Shown here: positions 34,918 to 46,029 of the stretch, piece by piece
Layout: every line of letters starts with the position of its first letter
How positions within the stretch are numbered: the first letter of the stretch is position 1
Assembly: GCA_047967505.1 (NCBI GenBank)
Contig: CM106538.1
DNA: 64,000 nt
Source: Dipteris shenzhenensis
Taxonomy: Eukaryota
Strand: one strand, 5' to 3'
The notes under the pieces: model-generated
Told to the model about the DNA's origin: nothing
The model's database searches: none
Seen by the model: the letters and a program-made list of their open reading frames with translations, nothing else
Translations under genes and position numbers: made by a program

Positions 34918-37900
34918 CTTGCCCAAAGTGAGAGAGAGAAATGGAAGAGGAGAGAGAGGGAATGAATGCACTTCCAAAAAAAGCACACCCAAATTTGAAA
35001 GACATGCTCTAAAGTCAACACACCAACCAATCAAAGAATTTGGAAAAGAATCACGTCTAGAAAATGCTAGAAATTATTTTTGGTTTCTGAAAGTTGAACC
35101 TTCACTAAGGCTACCTAAAGATAGGCCAATAATGTTGTAGCACGTGCTTTGCAACAAAGTGTTAATAGATAATGATAGATGCCTACAAAAGTGAACTACA
35201 CTATGACTTGGGCTTAGTTTAATAAAGTTATGGAAGTTAGAAACCCCATCTTGAGGAGCGTTTTTTAGGAACTAATTAAATGTATTTATGATCTAATGAT
35301 CCCATAGCCTTGAATTCCTCTCCTATCGAAGAACATCCTAGAGAGAACTGCATCGTCCCCATAGGCCCATAGATGCCGTGAGATGGTCTTAGTTTTTGTG
35401 AGGATGCGACGGAATTGTCGCGTTCATGGGGTTGTTGCAGCCTGGCCGACAGAGGGGTCTCGTGTCTTTCCCATAAAGATGGTGTCCCTTGCCTGTTTGA
35501 TGGATGGAGACTGCATCACGAGCTAGGAGATCAAGGATTCAGCTCCTCTCTTTTGTACAATGGTCTGAGTTCTTACCAAATGACAAACGTTTGGAAGACG
35601 TCGGCTTGCAGAACTGCCTAAAAAAAGTGGCAACGTTGCAGCCAAGTGATGGGGGGGTATAGTACATTCATTGGCTGCCACCCTAGTTAATATTTGGCTT
35701 GATATCATGTACATCTGGGTGCCATATGGGAGGTATAGAGGGTTCCAGGAAGACTGCCAAGAGGCTGGAGTGTTTTGCAAGGCTTGGCCTGCAAGCATTT
35801 TGTACATTTTGACGGATCATGTGGTTGTTATTCACCACACTGGTTGTTGGCACCTACTTCCAGGGTATGTATAATTTTGAAGTTTTAATAAAGGTAAGTT
35901 TCTACAAAAAGAAGAGAAGTTGGCCGGGTCTTTGGAAACAAGTTGTCGCATAATGGTGCTGATCTGAGAATGGAAGGCATCTGATAATAACAACACACCC
36001 GTGCTAGTTAGTGCTTCTAGCCCTTTTGTATTGACAACCGCCTGAGTCAACTCCATGAAAATAAGATGATTAGAGCAAGATACTTGCTCCCTACATCCCA
36101 CCTTTTGAACTCTCAGCATTACTTTGGAAAACGAACCATTAAAAAAGATGCAAAAAAAAGGACTACCCTTAGATCAAATTATTGATGCTTAAAAATGCTG
36201 AGTCTTTCGAGACAAGTTACTGACGATGTATTGGCAACCATCTACGTCAAGCCCAATAGATGTGAGCAAAGCAAAAGACACTTTCTCCCTCAGTCCCACC
36301 TTTTGAAGTCCCAACATCACTCGGAATGAACCATTTTAAAAAGAACAAGAAGAATTGGTGGGTGCGATTTGGAAAGCAATCCTCAAAAACATTGCAAAGC
36401 CACCACAACGAAATTATAATCTTGCCACGTGGCTTCTTGAGAGATCAAGTTTTACAAACGGTAACAAGATTGCCAATTGCATAGCCTGGAGGTGCCAGCA
36501 GATCTGCAGGCCAAGTCGGGTGGCAGCCTGACTGGGAGCGGCGTCCCTAGCCTTATAAAAGGGCACCCTTTGGGGGGCAGCATTCAGTTCAGTGTGGAGA
36601 ATCCCTCAAGCCTGTATTGGGACAAATCTTGGTGCACACCTTGAGCTGTAAGGAGAGCACAAGACTGTCAGGAGGGAGCAGCAAGCAGAGCTCAAACAGA
36701 AACAGCTACTGAAGCCTCTCAGAGAGGCACGCGGCAGTTTGGAGCAGATAGTGCAGCATACGAAAATTGTAGTGGTGTATGGATTTCTACATCTTTATGA
36801 GATCTATTATTGGATGTGGTGTTTGTGTGCTCTCTCCAGTTCTAAAAATGTTCTCTATATATCTCTTCTTCTATTTGTGGGGACTAGAATTCACCAGGAG
36901 CATGAATATAGGTTTACACAAATGCATGGAGGGTACTTCTGTGAGGTTATTGGCCTGCTACAACGGTAAGCAACACTAGACTGAGTTCCAGGGTATGTAT
37001 TCTCAATATACTTCATTGGAGATTTCAGTAGATTGCTTTGGGATGGTTTTTTGTATAGGAATTCTCAATTGCATGGAAGGGGGATTTCTCACTACATATG
37101 CTTTCAACGCCTGCTGCAAGATTACTCTTGAGATAGTGACAAAGACTTCAACAAGTTTGTGTTGCTGAGCAGTTGCATGATGCTGGAAAGACCTTGTGGT
37201 CAGATGTTGGATCTGAAACATCAAAGGAGCATCATTGTGCTTGTGGAGGACCAAGTGGGTGACTATAATATTCTGGAGACTATTGGAGAGATTCCTACTA
37301 GCAGGAATCAATCTGGAGTAGCCACAAGGATCTCAATGTGAAGGGAATCAAGGACAAGGACACGGATGGTGCTGGATAGATGTCGAGTTGATCCGTGGTG
37401 CTTTGCAGAATTTGGTCAGTTCCTACTTCTGAGAGAGACAACTAGATGGATCTCCAGAGTGTTCATGACTTGGACTGAAAAATTGTACCAGTGTTCTAGA
37501 TTGGATCCGGTTGTTCGTGTATGACGTGGAGCAAGATTCGGAGATGATGGAGGTGCGGGAATGTAGACCAGATGATGAAGACATCTTCTACTTGTTCCTG
37601 AAGCTTGTCCAAGGGAGCTGATGGAGCAGTTCTTGGACCGAGTGGGTTAGTGTGTCAGTCCAGAACCTGCCAGCCCTGAGAATTTTCTCGTACTAAGGTT
37701 GACTGCCCATCATGCCCCCTTCCTCAAGTCACCTAATTTCTGGTAGTACTAGGCTTGATAGCTCTCTGGCCATAAAATTGTTCACATCATTGAGATGGTA
37801 ATGAAATTCGCTTCCTTGCTATGGCAGCTATGCTGTTGCTCCTAAGCTGCCAGCCTCATTTCGTTTCATTTTGTATCAACAAAGTTCAATTAAGATTGAT

Positions 37901-40416
37901 AAAGATAGGGTTTAGGGAGAGAATGAAAAACAGAACCATCAACACTGCCACCCAACCTGCCACAGGCCAGCTGATCTGGTCTGGATATATGCTGACCTAA
38001 TCTGGCCCCTCCAGGCACAATGAGTCCCTGCCACACAGGCGCCCACCATCCTAGTTATCCGCCAGTCTTTCTGCCCTGACCCAAGGCCTAAGCAGACCGT
38101 GCTGCTGCTGCTCTGTCAGCCATGTGTGCTGAGCAGGGTGGCCCAATTGGCTACCCTAAAATCAAACAAACAAGGATCTCCCTCTGCATCTTGCTGCCCA
38201 CCTTGCAGCCTCAGTCACTAATGCATCTTCGACACCATACATATCAAGCCCCTGTGCTCTCCTCATTTGATTGAAATAGGTTGGGTATGATAGGATTGGA
38301 TAATTACAGCATATGAGAGCTAAAAGTTGAAGCTAGCTAAGTGCGATTACAAGATATATGATAAGAAATTATCCATTGTTGCACATGCGTAAATAAAATC
38401 AATCAACAAAATATTAAAATTTTATTGATGCAAACCCTTAATACTTGATAGACATATTACTATAGTAAGGGACTAGGCCGACTGATCAGTGAGGAGCGGA
38501 AGCTGAGCTGATAATGATGCCTTCTTCGTGTAGTTTGAAAATCATAGCTAGGGTTTGTGGAGGTGTCACCCTTGGCTGCTGATTTCAACATGTCCTTCAC
38601 TCTTAAGGATTGGGCCACCCACTAACTTCTAACTCCATTGGACCAGGTCAAAATAGTCCTTTCTTGCAATTTTTATTATGTGGTCCCAAAAAAGGGGTCC
38701 TCCTCCTCCCACTCCTTGGACAAGCATCTACTTTCCCCTTGACACTGTTGGCTAGAGGTTCCAATATGTATGCTGTTTTGGTTGATTAGCTGCGGCAGTA
38801 TCTGTTTATGACCTCAAAGTGCATTTCTTTTGGTCACGGTCCATTGCGTATTTGTTACAGGAGAACTCATGCATTCACCTAGTAGAGTCAGCAAACCATG
38901 TGGAAGTACTCCTCTAATTCAGAATGTGGAAGTATTATTTCGGAGCATGAAATGTATTACATTTATTCATCCCCTTCTCCAATGTCGGATCTGTGCTAAA
39001 CTGACTTAGCTGAATGGAAGTATTGAAGTCCTCTTCCTCTCTTCTCTCCTGCAATTCAAGAGTACATGTTTATTTGCTCTGAAACTAATGAAGGACTCTA
39101 TATGCTATGGTTAGCTAAGGACTGTTATGGATCATGAGATGCCATACTCCTGTCCCTACCAGATCCACCACGTTTACCACAAATAACCCTTATCTCTATG
39201 ATCCCCCTAGATGATATTTGATGTGCACGTTGCAGAGTATTCTGAGAGGTTAACTGATGAAGGACAAAGAAATTGTTCACACTTAATGCAGCCAGAGCTC
39301 ACAAGAATACCAAAAAACAAAACATAGAGTGGAGGATTCTGAGATTTTGGAATTTTCTTCCACGTAACAGTTTATGGCATATTGTGGCACGACAGTCCTT
39401 ATTAGCCCTCAACATTCTCAAGAGCTGCTTCTATTAGCATTCATACCTGGTGTAGATCATTAACTTCATATTCTGTTTCCCCTATTTTTTCTGAGAATAT
39501 TTTTTTTTAATGAAAACACCATTCAGAAAAGATACACGGGCATTGCTGGTGGCCTTTTGATAAGCTGAATGATGGTGCAAGACAAAGGAAGCTCGTCCAT
39601 ATCCTCATGCCAGCAGACCACTTGCATGAAATGTATGATGACTACTAAATCAACCTCTAGCGACTTGAACACAAAATTTGTGCATTATATACTTTCGAGT
39701 AACTCCTCTGAATTAGGCTGTTTTGCTAGCTTAGTCTCTGCTATTTCTGATCGTTGGTTATAACTTGAAAAGTGTAGAACAAATCCCAAAAAAGTAGCAA
39801 TTCATGTACGCATAGTACACCTGATATTTTCACAGACAAATCGGAAAGTGTAGAACAAATCGAAAAAAAGTAGCAATTCATGTACGCATAATAGGCCTGT
39901 TATTTTCGCAGTAACTCCTGCAAATTGGGCTGTTTTGCTAGGTTAGTCTGTCCCATTTCTGATCTCAGTTAAGGCTAGCACATCATCTCATATTAACGAA
40001 CGAATTAGCAGTCCCATTTATAATCTCACGAGGTGAACCCAAATGCTACATTGCAGGAGAACCACTTTGAGCCTAACCTGAGCTATGGCGAGCTTGCACC
40101 AAGGACTGTAAACTGCAATACAAATCAATATGCACATATAATCACCAGAGGATTTGAGTCATAAATTCTTGAGTATTGCACATTGATATATCCGATTTCT
40201 AGCCATTCCCTGGATGTTCTCTCCCGAAACCTTCCCTTAGATGGCTTACCAGACAGTTGAGAAAAGAGGAAGAAAAAATAGCATTATTCTTACGGAAGTG
40301 AATGATACAGCAAAGCCCATTAGCCATTGTGCCTTTAAATGAGCTGAGACGTTACATCCACAACCATATGAGATGACCATCCTTGGCGTTCCAGTGGTAC
40401 TTTCTACACCCACAAA

Positions 40417-43400
40417 CTAGAAGCCCACACAATGTGTATACTCTGAATACTGCCTTGACTGCAGGCCAATAGGGGCCCTCAAGATGAAATCTGGGATCCC
40501 AAAAGCATCAACAAACTCTTTAGCAACTCCACGAACTTCATAGCAGAGGTGCTCTACGAGCCTTTGGATAGCCTGCAAGCACAAATTTTCAAGGAACACA
40601 CCAGGTTACTAATACAGAAGCAATGAAAGGGCCCCACTATATTTCAACCAATGTGTTCAATATAGTTCAGGGTAAAAAAACTGCAATTACAACATCACGA
40701 TCTTTTTAAATGCTTTTATATCTTCAAATTCACAGCCAAATGATTGGTCTGCTCACCCATAGTTTTTAAAGCTATATATTTGCTTCAAATTTACAAGATC
40801 AGTGAAAGGCCAACAGCATCCCCTCTTGCAAAATGATATATTATTTATTACCTTTGCCTTATTTGGAGCAACGTAATCCTGATTCCTGTATGTTCCTATG
40901 TCTTGCCAAATGCGGTCCAATGCATACAGGTCACAAAGAAGCTTCAAACGACTTCTTGTATTTTTGTCCTTACAGCTGCATTGCGAAGCACATAAAATTA
41001 GTCAATACAACTTGCAAATTATCCACAACTGGACTGAATGATGGGAGATTACCTGTTAACAGCCTCGATGAATCTCTCCAGAATCACAGTTTCAATGTGT
41101 GATTCTGCCAGTGTTAAAAGATGATTCAGGCAACGATTCCAGGCCCCAAAGCTTCCAAGTTGTTTGGAGTGCTTCCGCAACCGAAGAGCTACTGTTTGCA
41201 ACAGTTTCGCTGTGCGATACTGCAAAACACAAAAGCGTTCACTGCAAAAGCCTTGTTTGATTACAACCAGAAAAAAAGAAAGTCTTATGGGACAGCAGAG
41301 ACTTCCGGAAGGGCACAGAGCGGCTCCCACAGAGTGCATAAAGCAACCAGTGATACTCCAAACGTATTAGAGCATACCCGAAAAGCATCGAGCTGGAAAT
41401 GAGGATCTCGCAAGTGCCCCTCTCCCTCACGATGTGTCACCACTGGATTTGTCTGTGAAACATAGGTTCCCATCGAATCCCTCAGATAATTCCAAGTTAC
41501 TGTAAGCGCTCCCCCTTCGAACTTTGCTTTGAATTGTTTGAGAAGATCTGCAGACACCTGTTTCCAAAAAGCATCAAGATTATCACGTCTGAGTAACATT
41601 CAAAATACCTGCAAAAATGGCATCCCTCTGCTGGGTAAGTTTGAAGAAATCCTGGAATCTTACCTGCTGCAACAAAACAGTATTGTCTCCCTCGAAAGTT
41701 TGAAAGATATCATGATCATTTCGTAAGCTTCCAAACCTGTTCACAGCAGCATAACCATGTCCACCACATGCTTCCCTGCAGACACTTAGAGCCCGTGCAG
41801 TGTATGAGGTGACATACGACTTTAGACCTGCAGAGAGGGCATGAACGTCTGCAATAACTTCATCATCCTGGGTCTTTTTCATCTCCACATATCTCTCAAC
41901 CAGATAATCGGTCGCAAAATGAAAAGCATATGCAGAAGCTAACATAGGGATAAGTCTATGCTGTTGTGACTGATAGTCAAGGATGCTGATCTCAGGCTGA
42001 TTGGGTGGACCGAACTGCTGCCTCAGCAATGAATACCGTATTGCTATAGTCACTGCAGCCTTCAAGACTCCAACTGACCCAGATGCCAAGCCCACCCGTC
42101 CTCCAACAAGCTCGCCTAAAGTTGCAGCAAATCTTTTATTGACAGTAGGAAGGGGACTGCTGTACACGCCATCTTTGGACACCCCTCCAAACCTGTCAAG
42201 GAGATTGTCGCGTGGAATTCGTACATTGTGAAAACGAAGAGCACCATTGTCCACACCATTCAAACCCACCTTGTAGCCACAGTCACGTATCTCCACTCCT
42301 GGGAGTGCAGAATGAGATTGCATACTCCTTATGGGAACAATGAAAGCATGAATGCCCATGTCAGTCTCTGCTGAAGAGTCAGACGATGGCAATTTAAGTC
42401 TAGCAAACACTGTTGCAAACTTTCCGTGGATAGCAGCATTTCCAATCCACCATTTTGTTGCCCCTTCGTTAGGAGTGTTGATTATAAATTCATCGCTATG
42501 GGAATCAAATGTTGCTGTTGTCTGAATGCCTTGTACGTTTGAGCCTGTCAGCATCAAATAATATGTCACCACCAAAAGAACTGAGGCAGAACAAGCACAA
42601 AACCCTTCCCATATTGTTCTATCAAAAAGGCAAACAAAAACTACCATGGTGAAGCTCTGTCATCGCAAAGCATCCTGGGAAATCTAGATTGTCAATGCCA
42701 GCAAAGAATCTGTCCCGGTGTTTTTGGGTGCCCAGATTCATCACCGTACCCCCCCACAAACTGCAATCATTTGAAAAAAGAGCTTGAGTTACAGGGATTG
42801 CATTGGCATGAGGCATTTTCTGAAACGTAATGAAGGACAGATTTATGCATCTTAAAACAATTGAAAAGAAGACCCTCAACATCATTCACCTTGCCAACAA
42901 AAGATGGACCTTGCTAACAACAAATGTAACAGCACCTAAATGACGCTCAACAAAAAGGTGGACTGTGAATAATATATGAATCCAATCCTCACAATAAGAT
43001 ATCACGTAGTGTATACACTCCACAGCCTGAAAGCTGCCAAATGGCACTTCTTATTTGAATTTTGAAGACAGCCTAGCTCAAAAGCTTCAATCTAGCGAAT
43101 TACATCTAATGGTTTTCTAGTGCAATAACAGCAATCACGTCAAGCTTCAGGCAGTGCTGCCTATAGCTTCAGCGCCACTAATAAATCAGCTTATTGCTGT
43201 TCGTGGGATTTCAAACGATGCATAAAGATTAAAATTCCCAATCCACTGCATACATATAACGGAAAGCCTTGCATGTCTGCTTAAACAAACTGCTACCCTA
43301 TATCCGGTTAACGATTGATGAGTGTCTGGGTTGCGATGGAGGAGTATAAGTAAACAATACGAGTCTGAATTGAATGCCCTAAAATAATGCGTATAACTGC

Positions 43401-43833
43401 GAAACACAACCCCATACCTGTATTGCACTCCAAGTTTGATGGCCAGCGAAAGATCAATGTTACCAGCAGCCTCAGTAAGCGCAAAATATTTAGCTGGATC
43501 CTCTAACAGCAATCGCAAGGGCTGTACGCCAACATCTCTCACAATCGCGAGGAGCTGCCGCATAGCCAGCTCCCTATGTTCATCCTTTGGAATCTCCACG
43601 GGCGTTTGAAGCTCTGGATGCTCTCTAAAGTACTGATAAATTGGCTCTTGAATACTTCTGTGCCTGCCCGCAACGATCTCAGAGAGGGCACTGGGTCTTG
43701 CTTCAGGGTGCACCACAGCAATAGTCGAACAAGCCTCTCTTGTGATTTCATGATCATATGCATTAGGAATCGCTGCCCCTAGATGAGATGACAAACGCTC
43801 GAGCCGCCGTTTAATGGTGTCGTCTAGGTCCAT
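40417..43833 (-). CDS. ACX2: Peroxisomal long-chain acyl-CoA oxidase 2; 7 exons: 43418-43833, 42645-42760, 41664-42544, 41378-41557, 41053-41219, 40852-40975, 40417-40572 (2040 nt, 679 aa)
   Basis: All introns are GT-AG and the phases sum to an intact frame. ACOX motifs [43 protein letters not shown] and [12 protein letters not shown] are present. N-terminal PTS2 [12 protein letters not shown]2-type C-terminus [10 protein letters not shown]. Confidence 0.95.
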
Positions 43834-44965
43834 CTTGAAGGCAGAAATCCTGTTTTAAGAGTGATGAGAGCTTCAACTTACAATCGGAAGCCTTCTTCAA
43901 GTTAGCGTTCGATATACGCAGAGGGCGGAAAACTGCGACTGGTAAGCTGAATCTGTAGCAAAACAAAGCCACCCAAAATGCGTACGTGTGCCGACGACAT
44001 CCGAAAACTCCTGAATAAGATAATCTTGTAGCAAAAAAAGGCACCCAATTTGCGCAATTGTGCCCAAAACTCCTGAATAAGAAGAAACGGTGCAAGAGGA
44101 CGGAAAATTTGTTGGAGAGGCAATTCGATCCAGAAACCGAGTAAAGCAACTGCCTTGGGGAGGAAGCGATTAATAAAGAAAGATAGCCACCAAAGATATT
44201 AAATGATTGTAGAGAAGGTCAAATGCGTTTATCCAGATACTGAAACACTACCATCATCAAGCATCGTCAGACAGATTACCAGAATCTGAGATTCTGATGG
44301 ATCACGGATCATATGGGTTCGTAGCTGATTGCGCCAGTCATGACGTTGACGGCCCAAAACCTGATGATTACGCTGGCACCCAAACTGTCCTCGTTGGCGG
44401 TGGCCGTCCGAGATTCCTGGAATCCAATTTAGCAAGCCCCATCCTGCCACGTCGGCTTGCATCTTAAAGTCCTTTGACCTATTCCACGTTGAGTTTTGAG
44501 AATGCAAAATTGCAAATGCCCTCTCCAATTTTAGGGCGAGTTCAAAGGAGAAATCTTTGCGTGTGCCCGTCAAGCTTTATCCCGGGGCCGACATCTAAAG
44601 CTTCATTGGTCTTTGTCAGGTGGCAACCATCACTCACGAGTACACTCGATCGGCAGTGTGTGTATGGCAGACGAAGATTTATTTCGTCTGAGTTCGGGCC
44701 CAACTTTCTTTATTGGGGCCACTTAGATCGACGCACCTTCCCACCACTTTTGATGGGCGGTCGAGCAGGTGGTGTAAAATCGCCCTCATGAAGTAGTCTC
44801 TCATAGGAGCAACATCACTTCAAGACCTGAGCAATTTCCCCCATTCAAATCTTGACGAATGGCTCCTTGTAGCCTGGCGCAACGTAGGTCTCGGCCCTCA
44901 TGGTGGACTATGGAGTACAAAAAAAAACCACATTAGGGTTGTTTCTGTTCCTTCATTAAGGATAA

Positions 44966-44991
44966 CTAGTGTGCAGCCCGCGTGTTGCTGC

Positions 44992-45036
<45 letters not shown>

Positions 45037-45119
45037 CCTTTTGGCACATGCATTGATTGGTTCTTAAATTGCTAATCAATTAACCTTGCATACTTGGATT
45101 GGAACTCGCACGTTGCCGC

Positions 45120-45178
<59 letters not shown>

Positions 45179-45240
45179 CCTTTTGGCACATGCATTGATC
45201 GATTCTTAAATTGCTAATTAACCTTGCATACTTGGATTGG
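44966..45240 (-). mobile_element. Helitron-like 3' terminus, with a duplicated ~125-bp unit containing (AG)n
   Basis: On the minus strand a GC-rich imperfect hairpin (cctgcagcaacacgcgggc) is followed after about 6 nt by CTAG|T at 44969-44965. The hairpin+(AG)n+tail unit repeats at 45105-45240. The 5' TC end was not identified. Confidence 0.5.
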
Positions 45241-46029
45241 CTTTTGAAATTTTGGCAAGTCTTAACCCATGGCTTTATCTCCTCCTTCAATTCCATTGAC
45301 CTTCCATCTCCTCCTTCCTCCCAAAGGTGAACTTCTATCTCCTCCATTCCATTGACCTTCTATCTCCTCCTTCCTCCAGAAGTTGCCTCTTGTCTTTCCA
45401 CCTCCTCCCCTCTCCCAACCTCCATCCAAGAGCTCCTTCTTTGTGACACGTGGCAGGCTCTTCTCTTCCAAGCTCCACATGTCCTTGCTTCCTTTTTTCC
45501 TTTGTCCATGGTTAATAGGTTAAAGATTATCAAATGCCTAACCAATTCACATGAGTGCACTTGCACTAGAAGGTCATGCTCAATATGAACAGTTCGTTCT
45601 TTAACTCCTTAGAGGGAGGGGACCTTAGGTTGCTTAGGTGAAAGGTTATGTCAAGCGAATTAAACCATAAGCTCTAACTAAGACCAAGAGGTGCTCTATA
45701 TATGTAAGGTATGTATGCTTCCTAATAGGCTATGTGCGAATGCGCTTGTGCACTCTTGTTTTAAATGCTCCATTGAAAGCTTGAATTGTATGTATAGCAC
45801 ACCTTAATATGTCCTCCTACTCAAGTTTTATTCAAAATCCCTATTAATATCTCCCCTCTCCTCTCGAAGCAAAAAATTATTCTACCACCGGTTAGGTTAA
45901 GCGAATCAGCACGCGCGGGGGGGGGGTCAAGCGAGGGGATACCATGTGTAAGACACAATTACTTGATTGGCGACATGGCGACATGCCATGGATGAAGAGT
46001 ATATCCTCTCATCAAAAATCAGACTTAAC

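Noticed and set aside
41583-43833. ACX ORFs 41583..42647 and 43186..43833 as separate proteins
   Set aside because: They are exons with intron read-through of the single spliced ACX2 gene.
44793-44911. Possible small MITE (gtagtctctcat..atggtggactat)
   Set aside because: The inverted match is too imperfect and there is no TSD.
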